From assembly GCF_006345805.1 (NCBI RefSeq), contig NC_043004.1, positions 83,824,001-83,888,000 on the forward strand: DNA of 64,000 nt. The letters are read 5' to 3'. Position numbers and translations under genes: made by a program. Shown here one piece after another: positions 13,114 through 26,535 of the stretch (the stretch's first letter is position 1; each line of letters starts with the position of its first letter). This DNA comes from Octopus sinensis (lineage: Eukaryota). The notes beneath the pieces were generated by a model. That model ran no database searches. It worked only from the letters and a program-made list of their open reading frames with translations, and was not told where the DNA came from.

Positions 13114-15144
13114 TAGAGTTATGAATGACCTTTACATTGTTTTATTCCAAAGCTTTTCAGGACACTATTATATACTAACTTCATCTAATACTGGACATGA
13201 GTCCGTTGTCGCGTGCAATTGTAAATTTTGGTGGTAGATGTTGATCAGCTTGTAAAGTTTATTGCCATTAACACACGATCAGCATGCCTTAATTGTAGTT
13301 GACATTAGGTGTCTCGTATGATGGGACCAATGTGAATTTGGCTCCAGTTGCCCAGGTTCTAAGTGACTAGCATATAGTTGTGGAGAATATGGACCAATAT
13401 ATGGAAATATCAGCTGTAATATCAGTGAGTTTTATTGTGTCAGCAGTTAGGTTACTTTTGTACTATCGGGACCCGTGAATATTTCTCGGAATTAATGATA
13501 AACGTGTACAGTTATTTCTGAAAACTTTATCCAAAAAACCTGAAAACGCTCCTTGTGCTGTCTCTGTATCAAAAGTTAGCCGCTCACATGGAAGTAATTG
13601 AAAAGTGAAGTAAATTGGAATATGATGATTATTTGATGCACTTTAAATATACATTTTCTATATTTATGCACAATTTTATAGGCTTAAAACACAACACTCT
13701 TTTTCTCTCTCATTATTCACCTGACCTTCATTTTCTCTCTCCTTTTTCTTTCGCTCTTCACCTTTCCTTTCAGCTAATCACGTGAAAGCGATACGGATGA
13801 GCTAAGTATCGGAGGAAAAAGGTTAGTTAAAAAAAATTTACAAATTTCAATCACCACCAACTTTCCCTCCTCATCTACCCGCAGCCATCTGCATCCCACC
13901 TTTATCACTTCCTTCCCTCCACTTCTACCATCCTACTTTTCCCCCACTTCTCCATCCCCTTCAAATAATTACGTGGAAGCCTTACGGACGGGCTAAGTAA
14001 CGGTAGGACAAGCAGAATTATTATAACATCTGAGGAAGATTCGGTGGTCAGAAACTAACCCTATATTCATTTCATTTGTAACTCAAACCCTACGACCTTT
14101 TCACCACTCATATCTAAACAACTGTGCAAAAAAAAAAAAGGAAACGCTCATATGCACATAATACATAGTTTTAAGGCGTAAGAAATGCTATATATGTCTA
14201 TGATTTACATTTTTCCCCCTGAGTATAGAACTATGTCCTTCCCGTATAAAGACTGCATCATGGCACTAGAAAAATTGGCTGATATTTTTAGCATATAATC
14301 CCATTAATTTGAGTTTTCTACATTTACATTGTCATGCTAGTGAGCGCTGCTATGATTCTTCTCTCATCGTGGGGTGAACAATCGTTCTAAAATTACATAA
14401 CGCCCATAAAAGCGATACCCATTTCATAATATACTTTTAAGTCCTAAATAATATTCAGATAAAACTTGTGATGATAGTTTAAAAATGTTGATAAGAAATT
14501 TACTTAAACATCGTTGGACTGCATCGAAGAAAAGAGGAAAAACACGCGAACATATTGAGTAGAACATTGTAGCCTAATAATAAGAGAGTCTAACAAAGAT
14601 CTCTAAAAGTATTTAAATATAAGAAAAATAATCTGCAACACATAATTCTTCGTTTCTATCTTATATTTTACAGCAGTGAGGATTGAGATCTACATTGTTT
14701 TCAGTTCTGTAGTGAAACATCGATGAATCAGTGGTTAGAAGTACTGTATTGTGCTCTCCGTTCACTGCAATATTAGCTGTGTTTCTACATGTTTTCAGGA
14801 ATGGGAGCAATAACCTATGTTAGCAAATGATGTGAAATATGGAACATAATAAGCTCTTCAATCAATTTATGTTCGTAGAATACATAGAATGCATACGTGA
14901 TTCTCCTTAAGATATTCCTAGAATATCTTATGGAGAATTCTACAATACGTAACAGATTCCCCTTAAGATATTCAAAATCGACAGAAATTTCATACGTGCA
15001 TAATGAATATGTTATATCTAACAGATAGACATGACTGTGGGATAGTTATATAGTTCCCTTCTACAATGTTTAAAGACAAAAATTGTTATACACGCGTCGA
15101 AAAACCAAGACAGTCCTCGTTTTTCTCAGGTACGAAAATATTAT

Positions 15145-15701
15145 TTTCTTCTCGAGGTACACGGCCCGAAAGTTTAAGGAGAGGGGCCAGTCTTAATTTA
15201 TCGACCCCGCAAGGATAAAAGGCAAAGTCGACCTCGGCGGAATTTGAACGACGCACGAAATACCGCTAAGCATTTCGCCCATCGTACTAACGTTAAATAT
15301 TTCTTTACTGCCCACAAGGGGCTAAACATAGAGGGAAAAAAACAAGGACAAAGAAAGGGATTAAGTCGATTACATCTACCCCAATGCGTAACTGGTACTT
15401 AATTTATCGACCCTGAAAGGATGAAAGGCAATGTCGACCTCGGCGGAATTTGAACCCAGAACGTAAAGACACACGAAATACCTATTTCTTTACTACCCAC
15501 AAGGGGCTAAACACAGAGAGGACAAACAAGGACACACAAACGGATTAAATCGATTACATCGACTCCAGTGAGAAACTGGTACTTATGTAATCGACCCCGA
15601 AAGGATGAAAGGCAAAGTCTACTTCGGCGGAATTTGAACAGACGAAATACTGCTGAGCATTTCGCCCAGCGTGCTAACGTTTCTGCCAGCTCACCGCCTT
15701 A
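15145..15701 (-). mobile_element. SINE family B tandem multimer (head plus repeated body units)
   Basis: Three successive gtcgacctcggcggaatttgaac-like blocks; junction aaagaaata|ggtatttcgt at about 15470-15495. Confidence 0.9.
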
Positions 15702-15823
15702 AGAACAAGTATATTGAATCTGACATGAACTGTAACCACCTCTTGCTATTTCCCAAAATATTGTTTAGAGTAGTCTACAACAATAATTTTGACATATTAA
15801 CATGTTAACATGATTCGATATTT

Positions 15824-16597
15824 GTGATGTAATCAACTTATCTCCTTCACACAAAATCGCTGGTCTTGTGCCAGGATTTGAAATCAAGGTCAAAGTTCGT
15901 TTTCGAGTACAGTAATTTGTTTTATGCCATATGAATCTATTGCGTCTACATTTCTGTAACTTCATCTTAAGCATAGCATAGATATGTGCCGTAACCTTTA
16001 CAAAGAAAAGGAAAAACTGTTTCTTGTATATCTAAAGCTCTGATTTATCTGTTAATTATGGAATGATTATGTCGCATAGTGAGTTGCGTGTTCCTTCTGA
16101 TCCAATTTCCAGCTAGATGGAATGAATCGAGGAATATAGCACCTAATTTTTACTTATAGACACAAAGAGAAGACTCATTTATTTCTAAATGTTCTTCATT
16201 TTAACATATTTTTAATTATATTTCAGCTTCAATAATCATATTCCAAGAAACTATATAATAGTAAAAAAACATTTACAGGTGTATACAGTTTAACAAGTAT
16301 ACAAACAGACATGCGTACACTAAAGATATCAGACGGGAAGTTCTCCATAAAAAAAAAATATTATTGACGTTGAAGTGAAAAATGCATTCACCGACGAGGC
16401 TATGGGGAAAAAATCATGAATGATAGTATAACGTTCAAAACGCATTTCCTGTATAACAGGCAACGGGAAAATCTGAAACTTCGAATATGAAACTGGAAAA
16501 CGCTTGCATGCGTCTCAAAGAAAAGCGAAGCAAAATATATTCGTCTGAAACTAAAAGCACTCAATATGTATAAATTGCTTTCTGTTTAATTGCTATG
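15824..16597 (+). repeat. Local segmental duplication, copy 3
   Basis: Colinear with 10795-11560, including the SINE-B tail remnant at its start. Confidence 0.85.
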
Positions 16598-18399
16598 TCT
16601 ATTATTATATGTCTTCCCTTTCTAAATGTATTAACCATTCACTTGGAGAAAGAATGTCAGGTATCAACTCACGACAGTACATTGCTGGTGTTGCTTTTGT
16701 GTCCGTTGCTGTTTCCCTTTACATAGATGAGAATATCTATGTAATCGTTCGCTGAATTTCTAGCACTAGCAGAGCAATCTCACTTAAAAACTCCGTTTTT
16801 AAGCATAAAAGTAACAATATCACAGTATCGTTTATGTCACCAGATAATGTTACACACCGATTGACAAATTGTGTTTCTAATTTTCTCTTGATTTCATCTT
16901 GACCCAAATTTATTGACCAAATTGTCTTTCCATCATCGTGGAGGACTTCCAAGTGGCCTTGGATACCACTCAGTAACTTCAGGGGTTCATGTGTTGTGTG
17001 TGAAACTAGCGACACATCAAACCCAACCCAGCGGAACTGGTGCTTTCCGTAATCTGCGATCACACCGTTTGCTCTTCTCCGTTCTCGAATCATTTTATTT
17101 CGAATGTTCTCTCTTAGTGATTACATAGTAGTATTTTCAAATAATAAAACGAGATGACCAGAATTTGAGTGCAACTGGCTATTTGGCTGAAAGCCAAATT
17201 TTCACACAGAAAACAAAACAACATTTAAAATCGTACTTAAATATAACACACAAGATGCTCCCAGTTATACCACAGTATATGTTAACAAGTAAAAAGTTTA
17301 CGAAGTAATCCAAGGAATATTTATTAGATAATGTAGGAAATATAATTCCTTTCAGATTTTCAGATATTCAAAAGCTCTTTCAAGTATTCTTTGTAAATTA
17401 TTTTCTTTAGATAATCTTTTGAAATGCACTGACTTGTTTTCCCTGTACGATCAATAACCGATATTCGTTAATTTATCGCGGAACTTGTAGAAAGATTTTA
17501 AATAATTTTCAGCAGAAATTCGATTGGCAATTGGCATTCGTTTTATGTGCAGCTTTCTAAACAAAAGAAGATTAATAATTCTGTTTTATGACTTCTTTCA
17601 TCGAAATTTCCAGAGTGATGACTATTTATGTTTGAAGAAACCGATAAAATATAGCTGCTGTTAACTTTGTTAAGAATCGCATTCCTGATACATAAACGAT
17701 GTAATATTCTTAACTTAGCAACTACGTATGTAAACACATTAAAAATTGCTCTCAAAGAAACTAGGAAAATGAAAACAATAGTAAAATTTCGGCTGTAAAT
17801 TCCGATATAATAGAATGTCCATTATGGATTCAAAAGTAGGTGTAATGTTTGTTTATTTTAGAAAATCCAAAGAGATTCCAAAGAGATGGAACCTAACACA
17901 TGGAAAATATTCAGTGCTATGTTAGCGTTAAGTTATTTCTAGAGGTGCTTGACGTTGAAAATAAATCACTTTTTCTGGATCTGAAATTGAAGTCATTCCA
18001 CATGGATTCAACAAGTGATTATGTACTCCAGCCAGATAAATCCAAAATTACATCGAACACTGTTAGTAAAAGAATATAGAACATCCGGTGCTGTAACTGG
18101 GGACGAATAGAAATGGAAGCTGGTAACAATGAGAGATTTTTATCATTGATGTACACGCCGAAGACAAAAAAAACATACAAAATATTAATATTGGCACGGG
18201 AGGAAAGTAATAACAGAAATATGAATATCAATAAATCTTAGAAAAGAAATTTATTCGGAAAATGGAATCTTGTAACATCAATCTAGTTTGTGCTGAGTTA
18301 TGTATCTTTTAATGTAAATGAATCGCTGACAAATTTACCGAAATTATATCGAGTAACACGGATAACCATCTACTCCACTCTTTCTCTATAATTCATTTG

Positions 18400-18595
18400 A
18401 TATCCTCTTCCTCCACCATCTCCACTTCCTCCAAATCATTATCGTCGTCAACGTGATCATCATTATCATCACTATCACTTTCATCCATATCATCTTTGTC
18501 ATCATCATCTTCATCATTATTAACTTCGCTGTCGCTATTGCCCTCATCATCTCCAGCATCATCTTCATTATCATCTTTTCTTCTTTTAAGAGATA
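18400..18595. repeat. Degenerate (TCA/GAT)n trinucleotide repeat
   Basis: tcatcatcttcatcattat-type periodicity; source of the spurious acidic ORF 18393..18665. Confidence 0.75.
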
Positions 18596-18619
18596 AAATT
18601 CGCATTAATTTTAAACTCA

Positions 18620-19000
18620 TAGGCGCAGGAGTGGCTGTGTGATAAGTAGCTTGCTTACCAAGCACATGGTTCCGGGTTCAGTCCCACTGCGTGGCACCTT
18701 GCCCAAATGTCTTCTTCTATAGTTTCGGGCCGACCAAATCCTTGTGAGTGGATTTTGTAGACGGAAACTGAAAGAAGCCCGTCGTATACATGTGTGGGTG
18801 TGTTTGTGTGTCTGTGTTTGTCCCCCTAACATTACTTGACATGCGATGCTGGTGTGTTTACGTCCCCGTAACCAAGCGGTTCAGCAAAAGAGACCGATAG
18901 AATAAGTACTAGGCTTACAAAGGATAAGTCCTGGAGTTGATTTGCTCGACTAATGTCGGTGCTCCAGCATGGCTGCAGTCAAATGACTGAAACAAATAAT
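18620..19000 (+). mobile_element. SINE family A, full-length
   Basis: taggcgcaggagtggctgtgtgataag...gctccagcatggctgcagtcaaatgactgaaac. Confidence 0.92.
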
Positions 19001-19384
19001 AGATTAAAAAAAAGAGAGAGAAAAACAAAGCAGTTTACTCGATGTGGTACAGTGTTTATCTAAAATAAATACTCGTAATATTTCCAAAACTTCGATTTTC
19101 AGCAAACCGAGATTAATAAAATAAAACAATATAGCTTTTTTATTTTGCGAGAAAATGTATTATTACATTTTATTTCAGGGAGATGGAAAAAAAGGAATAC
19201 AGATATTTGAAGCTACCCGGAAATAAAAAGAAGATACAAAATGCACAATAAAATACATTCCAAAGGAAGAGAATATGTAAAATATATTCGAACAGCTTCA
19301 CAGAATATATATAGAAAGGGTAAAGTTGAAATTTGATCAACAGCAAAATAAACAACAGTATCCAAGCATATATTTCTTTGTTTA

Positions 19385-20385
19385 GGCTGTATTATTGGAT
19401 TGACAGTGTCTTGCGTATGAGGTGGGCTGTTCCCAGCAGTGCTAGTTTGGGGACAGTGCGTAGTTTTGAGGATCCAGCTATAGCTCCGACATTTTTGTTC
19501 ATATGTTTACTTTTTATCATGCCCAATAACCCAATTGCTATTAGTATTGTTTTTATATTCATTACCCATATCTTGAATACGTCAATTTCAAGGGTTTTGT
19601 GCTTTGCTAATTCTTCCACCTTTTTTTTTTTTGGCAATATTTGATCAGAAGGGACTGCTGTGGTTATTAGTATGCAGTTGTGTTTTCCTTGATTTTTATG
19701 TCAGGGTGATTAGCATATATATCTTTGTCGGCTTGAACTGGCATATTCTAGATTATTGTGGCCTGGTCTTCTCTTGTAGCTTGTTTGGCACATGCTTATG
19801 TGGGGGTACATGGCCTAGTGGTTAGAGCAGCGGACTCGTGGTCGAGGGATAACGGGTTCGAATCTCAGACCGGGTGATGTGTGTGTTTATGAGCGAAAAC
19901 ACCTAAGCTCCACGCGGCTCTGGCAGAAGGTAATGGCGAACTTCTGCTGACTCATTCGCCACAACTTTCTCTCACTCTTTCCTCCTGCATCTTGCAGCTC
20001 ACCTGCGACGGACCGGTGTCCCGTCCGGGTGGAGAACCTATACGACAAGCAGCCGGGAAACCGGCCCTTATGAGCCAGGCATGGCTCGAGAAGGAACAAA
20101 CAATAACACATGCTTATACCACCTAATGTCAGCTGTAATATTCTAATATTGACATATTGTACGGTAGATATAACTGCTTACTTTTTCAGGTATGTATATA
20201 TATATTCAGACATGGCAACAATTGGGCAACCCGAGATGATGTGGTCAACAGTCTCATTGTGCAGGCTGCACATTCTGCATTTGGTGATAGTGTCTCTTTT
20301 TATTATTTTGTTTGTATAATTGTTTGTAGTTAGGCATTAGGCTTGTGCAGCAAAGATCAGTCCTTCCTTTATCATTAGCACTATT
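19385..20385 (-). pseudogene. Old R4/Dong-clade LINE 3' fragment (CCHC + RLE), interrupted by a SINE
   Basis: CRMCSLHNETVDHIISGCP, WYKHVP, LEIDVFKIW..IAIGLLGMI..KLALLGTAHLIRKTLSIQ on the minus strand. Confidence 0.85.
19800..20106 (+). mobile_element. tRNA-derived SINE family D with perfect 11-bp TSD
   Basis: A box tggcctagtggtt, B box gggttcgaatctc, (AAC)-like tail; TSD cacatgcttat at 19789-19799 and 20107-20117. Confidence 0.9.
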
Positions 20386-20442
20386 ACTATTATTGTTGAT
20401 GCTGTTGTAGCTATTATTATTATTATTATTATTATTAATACT

Positions 20443-20968
20443 ATTGAGTGAGAGAGCAGTGCATACCATCAAAGTGACACTGGGGTAAAATATACGAAGC
20501 CCAGTACACCCATCACGACTACTCGTCTGATAAGGGTACACTAGGCTCATGCATCACAAGGTGTATGCGCAACATGGTGATCTCATATCAAGATAAACAG
20601 CACATGACCTTCCAGGAGGAGCCCAGTTAGAATTTTCGTCAGATCGAGTAGCCATTTCTGCTCAAAATGTCCCTGAATTACAGCTGTTTAAGTAGCTTGA
20701 ACGAAGCATCCATGCTTCCGGGGTAAATAATCCCCCCCCCCCATTTCCCCTTAGCACATCTACTTCTGTTCGTGATCAGAGAAGCACATATCGCCAGCCA
20801 CCAAAGGACATGCTCAACTGGTTAAGGTCAAACAAGCGATACGCAAATCTGTGGTATTGAGCAGAATATTTGCTGTACCTCATCTTTTATACTAAGACAA
20901 AGTAATGTATATGACAACGCTTTCAATTTGTTAAGATGAGCAACTATGAGAGCGAATGCCTGGTACTA
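20443..20968 (-). mobile_element. Non-coding ~525-bp element 'E' flanked on both sides by (ATT/AAT)n
   Basis: Colinear with 43658-44035 (gtgagagagcagt.cat.ccatcaaagtgacactg, gctcaaaa..tccctgaat, ggacatgctcaa.tggtta.ggtcaa, cctggta); no ORF; strand assigned from the (AAT)n polarity. Confidence 0.75.
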
Positions 20969-21056
20969 TATTATTATTATTATCATCATTATTATTATTA
21001 TTAATATTATTATTATTTTAATTATTATTATCATTATTATTATTATTAATATTATT

Positions 21057-21109
<53 letters not shown>

Positions 21110-21132
21110 CATCATTATCATTACTAATATTA

Positions 21133-21171
<39 letters not shown>

Positions 21172-21217
21172 CATTGTTATTATTATTATTATTATTTTTA
21201 TTATTGTTATTATTATT

Positions 21218-21280
<63 letters not shown>

Positions 21281-21290
21281 GTTATTATTA
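20968..21290. repeat. (ATT)n microsatellite
   Basis: About 320 bp of near-perfect ATT repeats. Confidence 0.97.
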
Positions 21291-22106
21291 GATGAAATTT
21301 CTCGACTAATATTTCTCAGTATAACTGTCCCGATTGACATCATGTCAGCGACTAGAATTTCCTCAGCTTTGTAACTATTATATACATGCGAACTTGCTAT
21401 TTAATAATAATCTCTCACTGTGTCTGAATTCTTATCTCATTCCTCCTCACACTAACTTCCATATCTCCCTTTTATCGATCTATTAATCTCTCTGTCTGCT
21501 TGTCTCTCTCAATGAATAATGTAACATACAGACCAACAGACATACAGAAAAAGTACTTAGTATACTTCAAGACATTGATTGATTACCATCATTAGTATTT
21601 CCATATGAACTAACATCAGATCCAGAGTTCCCATCAGAGCTAACATCAGATCGCTATTAATACATCGTATCGTAAAATCTAATTCAATATGTAAAACTAT
21701 AGTTTGTCAATACACTAAGCATACGATCGAATATATACCACATAGGAAAAATAATTCTATGTAGCTTTTGAAATGATTAACTTCCTTCCAGAAAACTGAC
21801 TAGTGACGGATATTCCTTTGAATTACGTCTTTGATTCGAGGATATTAATTTCATAACGAGAGTATAAGTAGATAATCGCACACTGATTAAAACTTGTTTC
21901 GAAGTTTTCGCATTGACTTTTAATAAGTTGACGGCTGGATCTTAATACATTTAAAGTGATTTAATAAGTTATAGAAGAGAATGCTGGTGGGGCAAGTGTG
22001 TGTCTGTGTGAGTGTATGTGTGTGTGTCTGCGTGTGCAAGAGAGAGAATGTCTACGTGTACGTGTGGTGTATGTGAGTGTACTCAGGTGCATACGCGCAC
22101 ACACGC

Positions 22107-22143
<37 letters not shown>

Positions 22144-22414
22144 CACTCTTTCACACGCAAACACACAAACAGAGAGAAAGAGAGAGGGAGAGACAGAGAG
22201 AGAGAGAGAAAGAGCGAATCTGTGTGATGGAGAGAGGGAGTTAAGGAGACAGAAACATATATACATATACACATATATGTGTGTACGTATGTATATATGC
22301 GTGTATGGTTTTGTGCTAAGAATAATTGTTTTATAATATACGTATATATATATATATACTCAAAGCAAGCAGCATATTCATTTGAATCTAAATTTTGCTG
22401 AACTTATATATATT

Positions 22415-22482
<68 letters not shown>

Positions 22483-23761
22483 ATGTATGTATGTATGCAT
22501 GTATAAGCATACGTTTATGCATATTACACAAACATAAAAAACATCTACGTATGCGCACACACGCACGTACTCACATACATACACACAGATATAAATTCGT
22601 GCACGTGTGTATATCTGTGTTTGTGTTGCTGCGTACACATATTCAAAACCAATATTGATTTTTGTTTCAATTACTTTAACAATACACCTCGCAGATTAAA
22701 CCGTTGGTAAGGAAATGTTTTGCTTGTATCCTCTCAACCTATAACTATAACAGCTGCAGAGAAATCGCGTAGGATTTGACAATCACTTTGATAAACTAGA
22801 CGCCAATTTACACATCCATCCAAATCGTCTGCTTCATATAAGATCACATGCAGAATAGGTTATATTTAGGATTTAAAGAAAATCAGAATGCAAATGGCGT
22901 AAGAGGCAAAGGGTTTCTAGCCGAGGTTATATGCACTCATCTCTCTGTTCCTGATGATAGGCCACTCACTTTGTACATATGTACAAACATGTTTACACGT
23001 GCATGTATACATGTATATGCATACGAAATTACGTATATGCACACACGGACATGCGTCTGTATATGTAGAGAGAAAAGGAAAGACTGAGAGATGTGGTTAT
23101 ATCTGGAAGTATCTACACCTGCAGTTGGTGCTATGGGGCTGAATGGTTAAGGTCACATCACAATCTGAAGATGCTAGTTTCGATCCTACAGCGTGGTTTC
23201 TGGTGTAAATTTCAGATATTATAACCTGGTGTTCATGCATATATCCTGAGAGAAATTTGAGAATCTAAAATGATATTGAATACGTTGGATTTGTTGTACC
23301 CATAAGATCAAAAGTTAGTCTTTCACATTTGATGTGTCCCGCTGAGAATGACCTCATATGCACATCTCTCTGTGGAATACTCAACCACTTATAAGTCAGG
23401 ATCTTCTTATATTTTAGGGTTAAAACTAAACCTTTAAAGTCAAACAACAAAGGTCTCCTCCTATCCTTAATCACTTTCAAGAACTGTTAGTTCCTGGTCT
23501 ATTCTGTCCTTAATATCTGCTCGATTATAGTTTCTACTATTTTATATAGTAGTTCATTACTTTTAAAGATATCAGGATGTAATAACATATGTCTGGGGGA
23601 AAGTCTACTACATGTATTATAGTTACTTCAGGGTTTAGTGCTAGATTCAGCAGAGAATGCAGAAAGAGAAATACGAGTTCATATATTTACCTTTGTTGAT
23701 AAACGTTTCAATAAGAAGCGCGCGTTGCGCTCCAGCTTACAAGATGGTAGAAACTTTATTA

Positions 23762-23923
23762 TTTTACTCTTTTACTTTTCCAGTCATTTAACAGCGGCTA
23801 TGCTGGAGCGCCGCCGTTAGTCGAACAAATCGACCCTAGGATGTAGTTTTTGTAGACTTAGTACTTATTCTATCGGTCTTGTATACCGAACCGCTAAGTT
23901 AGGAGACGTAAACACACCAGCAC
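23762..23923 (-). mobile_element. SINE family A 3' half
   Basis: cagtcatttaacagcggctatgctggagcgccgcc...agtacttattctatcggtc...gacgtaaacacaccagca. Confidence 0.8.
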
Positions 23924-24748
23924 TTTGTTAGCGCGACCTGTTCATTGACAAACGTCCGTGCTACCAAACGGTAATATAGTAACAAACGTGTTCAAATGTC
24001 AGTACATGCTGTGCTTTGCCACTCTACGGTGTAAATCCTGAAAACTGAGGGGAAGAAATTTAAACACACAATATGGCTATTTACGTTCTTACTTCAAATT
24101 CTCCTATCTCCCCGCGAAATTGCTGTATTTCAAACCAGCAACTGGATGGGCGTCGAGTTCAGGAGAAGGTTCAGAACTTGGTCACTCATATGAGCTAAAA
24201 ATCGGCCACAATCCTTATCGTTCTAGGACACGAGAATAGAAACACAAACGATCAACAACTACAACTAAATCAACATTAGGCGCTTTTATGTGACACCTGT
24301 AAATTTTAAGCTTTAGATGCGTTAAACCATTGTACATTTTGCCGGGAGTTTCAGTTACTTTGATCTTCGTTCCGTAAATTTACTTTGAAGGGTGAAAAGT
24401 GAATGGGAGTAGTGACGAGTATAAGCAAACATGAACCATACCCTTACACATAGATGCAGCTTCACGTATTAAAGAAAAAGAGTTATTTGCAAATCATTGG
24501 ACTTGGGAAAGAAACATTTTCACTTTCACTAAGGTTCATGACTATTTCATTACATAAGAACACACACACACACAAATGTGTGTGTGTATATACATATATA
24601 TATATATATCTATATATATATGCATGTATGTATATGCATATATATATATGTCTATATATATAAATATAAATGAATGTATATATGTATCTATATATATATA
24701 AATATAAATATATATATGTATGCGTGTATGTTTGAGTGTATGTATATA

Positions 24749-24779
<31 letters not shown>

Positions 24780-25867
24780 TATATATATATATTATATATA
24801 TATATATATATTTGTGTGTGTGTATGTGTGTGTGTCTCTGTGTGTGTATACATAGAAACATTTGTATATATATGTATAATGTACTCTAAAGTTCACAGTA
24901 CCACTTGAACATGGATGCTTGCATTTCAATCATGTATTTATAACAATATATGTGTGTGTGCACGCGCGCGCATGTATGTGTGTGTATTGCACACATACCC
25001 GCATACACACACACACACATATATATATAAATATATAAATAGAGAACCTCCATTTGTTTGCATTTGTGAAGTTTGTTTCTCAGCTATACTTTAATGCTAC
25101 GTTGTGTTCCATTACATTAAAACTTCATAGATTAGTAATACAAAATACATCACTGCATTTCTACCGTTTATTTTTCATTGAATCGTATTGTGTTGCATAT
25201 TTTAAAAAAAGGATAGATATTTCCTCTTGAGCGTTAGGCCATGAAATGAAATTTCAAGAATGCATTGAATCCAGTCATTTTCAGCGAACCGATTTTATTA
25301 CTAACTTGTCAAAACAAATCAGAATAAAAAAATCCAAAAAACAAAATCAGAAATTTAATATATTCTATATTAAGGGAACAGATTTATCAGTTGGATGGAT
25401 TCCAATGTACATTTACATATACACTTAGAAAAGAGAACTTTGTCACTTTCGAAGCCATCAACCGTCCTTGTAAGTAGCGTGCACAGTAACATTTGAAGTG
25501 TGCACAAAATGCATGCGTAAATACATATAAAGAATTGAGCATGTGTGTGTGTTAGGGTGAGTGTCCGTGTGTTCGAAAGTTCGGCATACACGCTCAAATG
25601 CACATACATTTTTGTGTGTGTACATAAATATTGGTATAAGTATGTACATATGTATATATATATATGCATATATATACATATATATATACATATGTATATA
25701 TGTATATATATATGTATGTATATATAAATGCATATATATGCATATATATGTATGTATATATAAATGCATATATATGTATATATATATATATTTACATATA
25801 TATATATATACACACATACATACACACGCACACATACACACGCACACATACACACACACACACACAT

Positions 25868-25905
<38 letters not shown>

Positions 25906-25907
25906 GT

Positions 25908-26073
25908 ACAACGGGCTTCTTTAAGTCTCTGTCTACCAAATCCACTGACAAGGCTTTGGTCGACTCGAGGCTATAGTAGAAGAAACTTGCCCAAGGTGCC
26001 ACGCATTGGGACTGAACCCGGAACCATGTGGTTGGTAAGCAAGCTATTTAGCACACAACCACTCCTATGCCTA
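25908..26073 (-). mobile_element. SINE family A 5' half followed by expanded (TA)/(CA) microsatellite (25640-25907)
   Basis: cccaaggtgccacgcattgggactgaacccggaaccatgtggttggtaagcaagc. Confidence 0.85.
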
Positions 26074-26084
26074 TACATTTTTTT

Positions 26085-26296
26085 TTTTCAAAATGTAACC
26101 ACATGTGAATCGTTGGCGATTTTTTTCCACCATTTTCCATTTCATAGGACTTCTCTCTGTTTCTGAAGAAAAGTGCTGCTCGAAACTGTAAACCACCGTT
26201 CTACCCATCCCTAACGGTCTGGTAATACTTTGCATGCGCTGTATCCTCGCGTAGTGTATTTTGAGATTTGCTGTTCTTCTGTTTTGGGATCTACTA
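26085..26296 (+). mobile_element. Penelope-LTR-like small repeat with degenerate minimal hammerhead motif
   Basis: gttt-CTGAAGA-a-aagt gct gctc-GAAAC-tgt-aaac at about 26159-26193; ends in (TA)n. Confidence 0.5.
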
Positions 26297-26369
26297 TATA
26301 TATATATATATATATAATATATATATTATATATATATATATATATAATATATATATATATATATACATA

Positions 26370-26535
26370 CCCGATCGGCTTCTTTCAATTTCCGTCTACC
26401 AAATCCACTCACAAGGTATTGGTCAGCGTGAGGCTACTGTACAAGACACTTGCCCAAGGTGCCACACCGTGGGACCCAACCTGGAACCATGTGGTTGGGA
26501 AGCAAGCTTCTTACTTCACAGCCTCTTCTACACCT
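26370..26535 (-). mobile_element. SINE family A 5' half
   Basis: tttccgtctaccaaatccactcacaagg...aaccatgtggttgggaagcaagc. Confidence 0.8.

Noticed and set aside
13461-14015. Possible further Helitron-like repeat with an internal 42-bp duplication
   Set aside because: Termini too degenerate and no second copy in the window.
16983-17024. SECIS element or pre-miRNA
   Set aside because: Stem too short and lacks the AUGA/AAR geometry.
18393-18665. Acidic D/E-rich protein
   Set aside because: Starts within a SINE and runs through a decayed (GAT)n repeat; no splice support.
19800-19875. tRNA gene (also the heads of SINEs A-C)
   Set aside because: A/B boxes are present but there is no complete cloverleaf; followed by SINE body, tail and TSD.
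20946-21374. Poly-I/L/N ORFs and the many [16 protein letters not shown] ORFs across the window
   Set aside because: Translations of (ATT)n, (TA)n, (CA)n and (TAGA)n microsatellites.
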